Assembly (NCBI GenBank): GCA_044221825.1
Contig: JBGAOL010000002.1
Coordinates: 1-35,479 of the forward strand
Direction: 5' to 3'
DNA length: 35,479 nucleotides
From: Gemmatimonadales bacterium
GTDB taxonomy: Bacteria; Gemmatimonadota; Gemmatimonadetes; Gemmatimonadales; GWC2-71-9
Position numbers and translations under genes: made by a program. Of this stretch, positions 15,352-22,846 are shown one piece after another; positions within the stretch are counted from its first letter, which is position 1, and each line of letters begins with the position of its first letter. The notes below the pieces were generated by a model. The model made no database searches, was not told the DNA's origin, and saw only the letters and a list, made by a program, of their open reading frames with translations.

Positions 15352-18283
15352 CACCGGCGAGAAGGATCGCGAGGACGAGATCGACGACGCGGCCCCGCTC
15401 GTCCTTGTCGAGTCTGAGGAGAGGGCGATACAGCGCGGCACGCAGCCGGCGCTGTTCCTCCGCATTGACCCGGGCGTTCGGGAAGCGGGCCAGCTCCGTC
15501 TCCCCCTGGCGTGCCAGGTCCATGGCGCTGATTCCGGCTTTCCCGAATGCCGGATCGTCCTTGAGCGCCCAGTAAACGCCGAATGCACGCGGCGAGAGGC
15601 CGCTGTCCTTCTCCGCCTTCAGCGCCGCCTCCTTTTCCCGGGCCAGCGCCTCGATGACGTCCATCGCTGCCAGGCCGGTGGTCGTGCGGTTCTCCAGATC
15701 CTTGAGGATCCGTTCGGCCCGCTCCCGAAGGGACTGCAGGATCGGGGCGGACTCCGGCGCCGCATTCATCTCAGCCCCAAGTCCGCGAACGAGATTGAAA
15801 ACCTTCCCCTCGTCCGACCCCGGGTCTCCCCGGAGCTTCTCCAGGGTCTTGACGTCGAAGGTGACCGACCGCACCCCCTCCCCCAGCCCGTACTGGATCA
15901 CGCTCTCCTTCACGAGCTGCCCGGTCTTGTAGGCCAGGTCGGCAGCGTAGCCGCCTCGATCAGTGTAGGCATTGCGGACAGCGGCATACAACTGCGCCAG
16001 TCGCTTGAATGCGGTGATGTGATCCCGCAATGCCGGTGACGGCGACAGGATTTCCCACAGCGATTCAAGCTCCTTGTAGGCCTCGAAGAAGGCCTTCCGT
16101 GCCTCGGGATCGAGAAATCGACCATAAACGATCGCCTCAAGCTGCTCGTCGAGCCCGCCCTTCGCTTCTGCCTGGAGATAGTCGGTCTTCGCCCGTTCGA
16201 GCCTCGCCAGCAGGTCCTTGAACATCAGGTCGAGGTCCTCGATGACGCCGCTGACATCGGAGCTGTCGAACTGCAAAGCCTTCTTGAGCTCCCGGAGGAC
16301 ACCCACGAAATCGACCACCAGGCCGACCTTCTTCTGCACCCCATTGGCGTCGATGTAGGGCCGGTTCACCCGAGCGATCGCCTGCAGCAGGACGTGGTCC
16401 CGCATCGGCTTGTCGAGATACATGCAGTACAGCACCGGGGCGTCGTAGCCGGTGAGCAGCTTGTCCGTGACGATCAGGATCTTCGGATCCTCGCCCGGCT
16501 TCCGGAACAGCCGCCGCACGTCGGTCTCGCGCTCCTCCGAGAGCTGCACCTCGGCCACCAGCGGGCGCTCGATGATGTCGTTGGGGTTGTCGGTGTAGAC
16601 CGCCTCCGACCACTTCGGCGGCAACAGCTCGTCCAGGGCGCGCTTGTACTTTGCGCAGGCCTCACGGTTCACGCCCACCAGGAACGCCTTGAGCCCGAGC
16701 GGCTGCACCTTTTCCCGGAAGTGTTCGGCAACGAACGCCGCGACCTTTGCGATCCGGTCGTCTGCCGTGAGGAAGGTGCGCAGGCCGACCGCCCGGTCGA
16801 GCACCCGGTTCAGCTCGTCGATATCAGTTACCCCTTCGGCCTCGGCGAGCTGGAAGAACTCACGGTCCAGCCGCTCGGCGGGCACCGTCATCTCGCTCGG
16901 CGCCATGGTGTGCCGGATCGGCAGGGTGGTCTCGTCCTCGATCGACTCGCGGATCGAGTACTTGTCGAGGTACCCCTGCTTGTCATCGGCGCCGAAGATC
17001 TTGAAGGTGCCTTCTCCCTGCGCCGTGCGCGCGATCGGCGTGCCCGTGAAGCCGAGGATGGTCGCATTGGGCACGGCGGCCATCATGTAGCTGCCGAGGT
17101 CCCGGGCCACCGAGCGGTGGGCTTCGTCGATGAAGACGTAGATGTTGTCTCGGGTATTGGCGTTCTTGTCGATCCCCTCGAACTTGTGGATCATCGAGAG
17201 GATCAGGCCGCGCTTGTCGGTCTGGAGCAGCTCCTGCACCTCGGCGCGGGAGCCGGCGCGCCACACCGGGATGTCCTGCTGCTGCATCTCCCCCAGCAGC
17301 TTCTCGACCCAGCCCTTGAGCTGGCCCTCGAGCTCGGTGCGGTCCACCACCAGGATCACGGTCCCGTTCCTGAACCTGGCCTTGTCTTCCAGGACCATCC
17401 GCGCCGCGGTCAGCAGGGTGAAGGTCTTGCCCGAGCCCTGGGTGTGCCAGATCAGTCCTCGCTTCCTGCCCGGGTCCGCGCAGCGCTCGACGATCTTGTC
17501 GATGGCGACGCGCTGATGCTGCCGCAAGACGGACTTCCGGGTCTCCCCATCCTCCACGTAGAACAGGATCCAGTGCTGCAGGGTGCGCAGGAAGTCGGTC
17601 GGCTCGAAGAAGGCCTGGACCGCGAAGCGGTAGCTTTCCTCCCGCTGCTGCTTCCATCGCGCCATGTACCGGCGGTTGGCGTTCCAGGTGACGCCGTACC
17701 AGTAGTCCAGCAGGTGGGTGACGTTGAAGAGCTGGGGCGAACCGATCAGCTCCGGGGTCTCCAGCTCGTAACGCCGAAGCTGGGTCACGGCCCGGTCGAT
17801 GGCGCTGCCGTCCTTGGGGTTCTTGTGCTCGACGATGCAGACCGGCACCCCGTTGACCCGGAACATCACGTCCGCCCGGTTTCCTTTGCGGGCCGGCGGC
17901 TTGAGCTTCCACTCCCAGGTGACGTGGTAGACATTCTCTCCCGGCCGCTCGAAGTCGATGAGCTGCACCCGTCGGTCGCGCTGCTCCCCCTCGTCGTACC
18001 ACTGCCGCTCGCCCCGCAGCCAGGAGAGCATGGTGCGGTTCCCCTCGATGGTCGGGGGGATGGCCTCCAGCTTCTCGATCACCTGGCGGATCGTCTCCGC
18101 CGGCATCCACTCATTGAACCGGGCCAGCGCCGCCTCGAGCTCGTCGCGGAACAGCATGCCGGCCTCGCCGCCCCGCTTCTGCTGGGCGATCTCCGGCGGA
18201 AGCGGTGTCCACCCGATGCCGGCGGCATGCGCCACCATCGGGAACTGGACCGAGCCTGCCTCGGTGATGGTGAGCTGACTCAT
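15332..18283 (-). CDS. hsdR: Type I restriction enzyme, R (endonuclease/translocase) subunit
   Basis: 983 aa. It has an N-terminal PD-(D/E)xK-like block ([18 protein letters not shown]), SF2 helicase motif I (TQGSGKTFT), motif II (FIDEAHRS) and a C-terminal HsdR-type helical domain. Its ATG overlaps the hsdS stop (ATGA at 18280-18283). Confidence 0.95.
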   Translation of the reverse strand: MSQLTITEAGSVQFPMVAHAAGIGWTPLPPEIAQQKRGGEAGMLFRDELEAALARFNEWMPAETIRQVIEKLEAIPPTIEGNRTMLSWLRGERQWYDEGEQRDRRVQLIDFERPGENVYHVTWEWKLKPPARKGNRADVMFRVNGVPVCIVEHKNPKDGSAIDRAVTQLRRYELETPELIGSPQLFNVTHLLDYWYGVTWNANRRYMARWKQQREESYRFAVQAFFEPTDFLRTLQHWILFYVEDGETRKSVLRQHQRVAIDKIVERCADPGRKRGLIWHTQGSGKTFTLLTAARMVLEDKARFRNGTVILVVDRTELEGQLKGWVEKLLGEMQQQDIPVWRAGSRAEVQELLQTDKRGLILSMIHKFEGIDKNANTRDNIYVFIDEAHRSVARDLGSYMMAAVPNATILGFTGTPIARTAQGEGTFKIFGADDKQGYLDKYSIRESIEDETTLPIRHTMAPSEMTVPAERLDREFFQLAEAEGVTDIDELNRVLDRAVGLRTFLTADDRIAKVAAFVAEHFREKVQPLGLKAFLVGVNREACAKYKRALDELLPPKWSEAVYTDNPNDIIERPLVAEVQLSEERETDVRRLFRKPGEDPKILIVTDKLLTGYDAPVLYCMYLDKPMRDHVLLQAIARVNRPYIDANGVQKKVGLVVDFVGVLRELKKALQFDSSDVSGVIEDLDLMFKDLLARLERAKTDYLQAEAKGGLDEQLEAIVYGRFLDPEARKAFFEAYKELESLWEILSPSPALRDHITAFKRLAQLYAAVRNAYTDRGGYAADLAYKTGQLVKESVIQYGLGEGVRSVTFDVKTLEKLRGDPGSDEGKVFNLVRGLGAEMNAAPESAPILQSLRERAERILKDLENRTTTGLAAMDVIEALAREKEAALKAEKDSGLSPRAFGVYWALKDDPAFGKAGISAMDLARQGETELARFPNARVNAEEQRRLRAALYRPLLRLDKDERGRVVDLVLAILLAGDADAEA

Positions 18284-19584
18284 GCCGGGGCCTCAGCCAG
18301 CGGGGCGGCCTCGAGCGCCGAGAGGTCGAGGTCGGCGGCCCGGAGCTCGCCGGTCATCAGCTTGTGAAGCAGCGCCTTGAAGAGGTCGTCGAGGATGATG
18401 CGCTTCCTACGGTGAAGTGTGATCTTGCGGTCGATTGCTTCGAGAATGTCCACAATCTCCATCTGCTCCTTTACGTCGGCCGGGAACGCGATTGGGATCC
18501 CGCGGACAATGTCGAGATTCAAGTTCTGCTGCTGACCACCGTGCGCAAGCTGGCGAATGTCTTCGTAGCGATACGCCAGGAACTGGTAGAGATAGCGCCC
18601 CTCAACCGACCCGTCGGTTGGCCGAATCGCCGCGCACGCTTGATTGCAGGCTGCCGGGACCCCGAGTAGCGCCACCTTTCCTCGAGTGACACCTTGGCCA
18701 TACATGGCCATGAGGAGTGTCCCGATCGGAAGGAGTTTGGCCGCCGATCCAGCAAGGCCGGCCTCTGTGATGTGCTCCTCCGTGTCCTCGATAACGCAGT
18801 AATCCACCTCCGAGGTCTTGACCCAAGGGATGTAGCCGCCCTCCCAGTAGGCCGGATTGCCACGCGCGGGGGTGCCTCCTGAGACAACTGAATGGTGCTC
18901 GCCAAGCGAGGCTACCTTCCAACTTGCTGGCAGCGCCCCGATGTCCGAGTCGTTCCGCGCCTCGCCCCGCAGCCCGCGGCTGAAGAGCGCCTGCATCACA
19001 GCCCGCTTGAGGTCTTGGGCCACTGCGGCGGCTTTCGTCTGGATGCTCGAGGCCTTTTGGATGGCTTCGAGGACGTTCGCGCACGCGGTTTGCTCATGTG
19101 GTGAGAGATCAGGGATCGGGAGGTCGAGCAAGACACTTTCCGGAACCCGCTGCCTTCCGGTTGAGCCCTCCATCCGCTCAGCCACATGGTGTCTTACATC
19201 CGGATGGAGGAGGTAGAAGAACAGAAGCCTGGGGTCATAGCCGGGTTGCCGAGCATGCAGGGGAATAACTTCCGTTGTTCCGTAAGCAAACGAGCCCGGC
19301 AACTCGCTCGCCAACGCTTGCTTCCCATTCTCAAAGGACGGGGTGATCTTCGCGACGAGGATGTCACCCTTTTCGAAGTATGTGCCGCTCGAAATCGCAT
19401 CCGGTCGCCGCATCGTGTAGACGGGTGCATAGGAGCCATCCTGTGGGATCGCTTCCATGGCGGCAAACGGGATTTCGGTGAACGTCGAGCGGTTGAGACC
19501 TCGCGGTGCCTTGGTGACCTCGTAGGCGTCACCGACTCGAATCCACGGTCGCCCCTGTTGGAGGACTGCTTCAAGCAGGTTCAT
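18280..19584 (-). CDS. hsdS: Type I R-M specificity subunit with two target-recognition domains
   Basis: 434 aa. Two TRD-like halves are each followed by a conserved helical spacer (...[39 protein letters not shown]... and ...[40 protein letters not shown]). It sits between hsdM and hsdR with overlapping ends. Confidence 0.9.
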   Translation of the reverse strand: MNLLEAVLQQGRPWIRVGDAYEVTKAPRGLNRSTFTEIPFAAMEAIPQDGSYAPVYTMRRPDAISSGTYFEKGDILVAKITPSFENGKQALASELPGSFAYGTTEVIPLHARQPGYDPRLLFFYLLHPDVRHHVAERMEGSTGRQRVPESVLLDLPIPDLSPHEQTACANVLEAIQKASSIQTKAAAVAQDLKRAVMQALFSRGLRGEARNDSDIGALPASWKVASLGEHHSVVSGGTPARGNPAYWEGGYIPWVKTSEVDYCVIEDTEEHITEAGLAGSAAKLLPIGTLLMAMYGQGVTRGKVALLGVPAACNQACAAIRPTDGSVEGRYLYQFLAYRYEDIRQLAHGGQQQNLNLDIVRGIPIAFPADVKEQMEIVDILEAIDRKITLHRRKRIILDDLFKALLHKLMTGELRAADLDLSALEAAPLAEAPA

Positions 19585-21412
19585 CGCTCACTCCGCTCAG
19601 CATCTGGGAGATCGTGGCGGAGAGAGAGCTGGCATCTGCATCAAGCCTGCCCATCTCTCGGAGCAATGCGCCCACTGAGCCGACTTCCGCGGTGCTGGAT
19701 TGTCCCACCCACCGGCTGGGACTCAGGTTGTAATCCTCGTTCGCGGCCTGCTCCCGCGTAATGACCGCGATCTCCCCCTCGACTTCCTCCCCTTTGATGT
19801 AGGCGGCTGCCAGAGGACGGATGGCATCCTCGGGAATGAAGTTCTTCGGCCGCCCCTTCTGCACCCGCTTCGACGCGTTCAGCAGGACGATCTTGCCCTT
19901 CCGCGCCGCCGGCTTCCGGCGCGACAGCACCACGATCACCCCGGCCGCGGTGGTGTTGTAGAACAGGTTGTCCGGCAGCAGGATCACGCCGTCGATCAGG
20001 TCGCGGTCCACGAACCACTTCCGGATGTTCCGCTCCCGGTCCTCGTTTCTGGAGCCGGAGCCCCGGGTCACCGCGCCGGTGTCGAGCACCACCGCCGCCC
20101 GCCCCCGCTCTTGGCGAGGCAGGCCAGGTGTGCTGCAGCGCCAGGCCCAGTCACCCTTGCCGGTGGTCACCCCGCCCTGGCCGGTGAAGCGGTCGAAGGG
20201 GTCATCGGCCAGGAGATCCGGGTTGAACGGCTGGTTCCACATCGGATTGGCCACCACCACATCGTAGGTGCGGATCCGGCTGTCGGCGGTTTTGAACTTG
20301 GGGTTGATCATGGTGTCGCCCCGGGCCATCTCCACGGTCATGTCGTGGATGATGGCATTCATCTTGGCCACCGCGTAGCTCTCGGCCGTGAGCTCCTGAC
20401 CGTAGAGCTTGAGCGGCACTTTGCTGGTGGGGTCCAGCTCCCGCGCCACGAGCTGGAGCTTGACCAGGAGCCCCGCCGAGCCGCAGGCGTAGTCGTGGCA
20501 CTCCTCGCCGGGCCTCGGGCGCATGATGTGCGCCATCAGGAAGCCGACCTCGGTTGGCGTGAAGAACTCGCCGGCACTCTGCCCCGAGCCTTCGGCGAAT
20601 TTCCTGAGGAGGTACTCGTAGGCCCGGCCGAGGAAGTCGGGCTGCACGTCGGCCAGGCCGAGGCGGTAGCGGGGATCGGAGAAGGTTTCCACGACCTCCC
20701 GGAGCTTGGCCGGATTGATGTCCCGCTCGCCATTCCGCTCGGCACCGAAGTCCACCACATCGATGACGCCGGAGAGGGACGGGTTCTGGCGGACCACCGC
20801 CCGCACCGCCCTGGTCAGGTGCTCACCGATGTCCTTCGGGCGGGTGCTCCGGCCCTGATCGTCGCTGGGCCAGTCGTACGACGTGCGCCCGTTGATGACG
20901 CCCCATCGGGCTTCCCGCGGGAGGTAGAAGCGGAGAAGGCCGTGATCCTCCTCGGCGATTTCCAGCGCGGTCTCCCGACTGCCATATTCCTCTGCCAGGC
21001 GCTCGATCTCGTCATCGAAGACGTCCGACAGCCGCTTGAGGAAGAGGAGGGGAAGCAGGTAGTCCTTGAACTTCGCCGCGTCCTTTTCTCCCCGGATGGA
21101 ACACGCGGCGTCCCAGAGCATCTGCTCCATGGGTTTGGTGGATGGCGCGCTGGTTGGACCCTTCGCCCGCCGCCGTGTTACCTGCGCCGCTGCCTGGCTT
21201 GAGTCTGCCCTTTCATTTCCGTCAATGCCGGCTTCCAGCGCCAGTGCAGCAATGGCGGTCAGTGCGGCCTTCTGCGGTTTGGTCAGCCCGCCCTCCCAGC
21301 GATTGACAGTCGCGAAGGAAACGCCGAGGCGCTCTGCCAGCTTTTCCTGGCTGAGGTTGAGGCTTGCCCGGATCGCCTGCAGGGTTGCAGATACATCAAT
21401 TGATTTAGTCAT
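19571..21412 (-). CDS. hsdM: Type I R-M N6-adenine DNA methyltransferase subunit with N-terminal XRE-type HTH extension
   Basis: 613 aa. The N-terminus [23 protein letters not shown] is a helix-turn-helix. It is followed by an HsdM_N-like block ([35 protein letters not shown]), an AdoMet motif ([11 protein letters not shown]), the catalytic NPMW (NPPY/F/W-type) motif and [17 protein letters not shown]...[10 protein letters not shown]. Confidence 0.9.
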   Translation of the reverse strand: MTKSIDVSATLQAIRASLNLSQEKLAERLGVSFATVNRWEGGLTKPQKAALTAIAALALEAGIDGNERADSSQAAAQVTRRRAKGPTSAPSTKPMEQMLWDAACSIRGEKDAAKFKDYLLPLLFLKRLSDVFDDEIERLAEEYGSRETALEIAEEDHGLLRFYLPREARWGVINGRTSYDWPSDDQGRSTRPKDIGEHLTRAVRAVVRQNPSLSGVIDVVDFGAERNGERDINPAKLREVVETFSDPRYRLGLADVQPDFLGRAYEYLLRKFAEGSGQSAGEFFTPTEVGFLMAHIMRPRPGEECHDYACGSAGLLVKLQLVARELDPTSKVPLKLYGQELTAESYAVAKMNAIIHDMTVEMARGDTMINPKFKTADSRIRTYDVVVANPMWNQPFNPDLLADDPFDRFTGQGGVTTGKGDWAWRCSTPGLPRQERGRAAVVLDTGAVTRGSGSRNEDRERNIRKWFVDRDLIDGVILLPDNLFYNTTAAGVIVVLSRRKPAARKGKIVLLNASKRVQKGRPKNFIPEDAIRPLAAAYIKGEEVEGEIAVITREQAANEDYNLSPSRWVGQSSTAEVGSVGALLREMGRLDADASSLSATISQMLSGVSDEPA

Positions 21413-21418
21413 GTATGA

Positions 21419-21433
21419 TATATACGCTATATA
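21419..21433. promoter_or_regulatory. TATATA-cgc-TATATA element immediately upstream of hsdM (possible -10 / leaderless-type promoter)
   Basis: tatata (21419-21424) and tatata (21428-21433) lie 7-21 nt from the hsdM ATG (21412). No Shine-Dalgarno sequence is visible between them and the start. Confidence 0.25.
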
Positions 21434-21475
21434 ACAAAATACTGCAATAGCTGTATTATGAGACGAAATCTTGAA

Positions 21476-21551
21476 TAAACCAAACTATGATTATTCCATA
21501 GTTTGGTTTAGCTTGTAAACCAAACTATGGAGCTCCATAAGTTTGGTTTAC
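21476..21551. promoter_or_regulatory. Two tandem palindromic operator-like sites sharing the half-site AAACCAAACTATG
   Basis: O1 is taaaccaaactatg (21476-21489), a 7-nt spacer, then catagtttggttta (21497-21510), a perfect 14-bp inverted repeat. O2 is gtaaaccaaactatgg (21515-21530), 4 nt, then ccataagtttggtttac (21535-21551), the same arms with one extra A. They are located in the divergent hsdM/Fic intergenic region. Confidence 0.7.
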
Positions 21552-21568
21552 TGCTGATAGGGAGGCGC

Positions 21569-22768
21569 ATGCCTGGCCATACAGTTCACAGGATCTGGCA
21601 GAGCAATCCCGTCCTTGATGCACCGGCCAAATACCGGAAGGCCTGCGGCTACGAGCCCTTCATCCCGGATCTGCTGGGCGGACTCCAGCTGCACCTGCCG
21701 GGGGATGTGGCGGGCCTGATTACCGAGGCGGAGGCGGCGATTCGAGGCCTGAATGCTCCCGGCAAGAATGCCCTGCGCCCTTTGGCCCGGCTGCTATTGC
21801 GTACCGAATCCATCGCCTCCTCCAAGGTGGAGGGCATGCAGATGGGGGTGCGTGAGCTCGCGCGTGCCGAGGCGAAGATGGAAGCGGGTGGAAAAGGGAG
21901 CCAGACCGCGATCGAGATCCTCGACAACGTCAACGCCATGGAAATCGCAATCGCCGAGGCGGCCAGAACGGAGCAGTGCGAACCGGCCGCCATCCTGGCG
22001 ATTCACGGACGCCTGATGGCGCACGACCGGCGCGCGGATATCGCGGGCCGGTTCCGGACCGAGCAGAACTGGATCGGGGGTAACGACTACAACCCTTGCG
22101 GTGCGGACTTTGTGCCGCCGCCGCCAGAGGAGGTGCCTCATCTTCTCGATGATCTTTGCGCCGCCATCAATAGAGATGAACTCCCTGCTCTGGTGCAGGC
22201 GGCGCTGGTGCACGCCCAGTTCGAGACCATCCATCCATTCGCGGATGGTAACGGGCGGACGGGGCGCGCCCTCATTCACGTGATCCTGAAGCGTCGAGGG
22301 GTTGCCCCAGCGTATGTGCCGCCGATCAGCGTCATCCTTGCCGGGGCAAAGGATCGGTACATCGAGGGGCTGACCCGATTTCGGCAGAGCGAAGAGGGGG
22401 CGCTGGCGTGGATCGAGCAATTTGCCGGCGCAGCGGCCCGATCAGCGACACTGGCTCAGAGGTATCTCGAGGAAGTGCAGCAGCTCCAGACGGAGTGGCG
22501 GGAGCGCTTGCGGCGAGTCGGGGAACCCAGAACCGATGCGGCCGCCTGGGCAGTCATCGATGTGCTGCCTGCCCATCCGGTGATCACCGCGCCGGTCGCG
22601 GCAGCGGCGACTGGTCGTTCTAAGGCACCGATCTACGAGGCGCTCATCCAGCTACAGGAAGCCAGGGTGCTCAGGCCGTTGTCTGAATCGAAGAGAAATC
22701 AATCGTGGGAGTCGGAGGGAATGCTGAACCTCATTGCCGGGTTGGAGTCAGGTACGATGCCAGCCTGA
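21569..22768 (+). CDS. Fic/DOC-family protein (probable AMPylase) with Fic_N inhibitory helix and C-terminal wHTH-like tail
   Basis: Canonical Fic motif HPFADGNGRTGRALI. The N-terminal SxxxEG inhibitory motif is present (IASSKVEGM). The preferred start is ATG 21569, preceded by AGGGAGG at 21559-21565. The track's upstream ATG at 21527 lies inside operator O2 and has no SD. Confidence 0.85.
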   Translation: MPGHTVHRIWQSNPVLDAPAKYRKACGYEPFIPDLLGGLQLHLPGDVAGLITEAEAAIRGLNAPGKNALRPLARLLLRTESIASSKVEGMQMGVRELARAEAKMEAGGKGSQTAIEILDNVNAMEIAIAEAARTEQCEPAAILAIHGRLMAHDRRADIAGRFRTEQNWIGGNDYNPCGADFVPPPPEEVPHLLDDLCAAINRDELPALVQAALVHAQFETIHPFADGNGRTGRALIHVILKRRGVAPAYVPPISVILAGAKDRYIEGLTRFRQSEEGALAWIEQFAGAAARSATLAQRYLEEVQQLQTEWRERLRRVGEPRTDAAAWAVIDVLPAHPVITAPVAAAATGRSKAPIYEALIQLQEARVLRPLSESKRNQSWESEGMLNLIAGLESGTMPA

Positions 22769-22846
22769 CCGCGACTGCCCGAGCTCGCGCTCGAGGCGGT
22801 AGCGGTCGGCGAGGGCGCCGGCCAGACGGTCCGGAATGCCGCTCAC
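22748..22846 (-). pseudogene. 5' remnant of a Ser/Thr kinase paralog (first 24 codons only)
   Basis: GTG at 22846 opens VSGIPDRLAGALADRYRLERELGQ, matching the N-termini of the intact paralogs. The reading then runs into unrelated SRSGWHRT* overlapping the Fic 3' end. The GTG overlaps the stop of the upstream kinase (GTGA at 22843-22846), as at the intact junctions. Confidence 0.75.
22779..22817. repeat. 39-nt exact repeat (kinase 5' coding segment), right copy flanking the island
   Basis: Identical to 14812-14850 and 25664-25702. Confidence 0.9.

Larger units (their letters stand above)
14867..22774. other. Lower-GC accessory island (Type I R-M plus DUF45 plus Fic) interrupting the kinase array; boundaries approximate
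   Basis: Spot G+C counts of 60-nt lines are about 55-57% in hsdS and 28% in the hsdM/Fic intergenic region, against about 75% in the flanking kinase genes. The island is flanked by kinase 5' coding sequence on both sides. No integrase or transposase was seen. Confidence 0.65.

Noticed and set aside
16394-21202. Long plus-strand ORFs 16394-18367 and 19700-21202 opposite hsdR and hsdM
   Set aside because: They are mirror ORFs of strongly supported R-M genes, and their translations are repetitive (L/V/D/E/G/R) without motifs.
21527-21568. Upstream ATG (21527) as the Fic start
   Set aside because: It lies inside operator O2 with no SD. ATG 21569 has AGGGAGG 4-10 nt upstream, and the added 14 residues (MELHKFGLLLIGRR) are not Fic_N-like.
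14867-22774. Integrase, transposase, tRNA target or terminal inverted repeats that would define the island as an active mobile element
   Set aside because: None were found on either strand. The island is called only from composition, gene content and flanking kinase 5' sequences.
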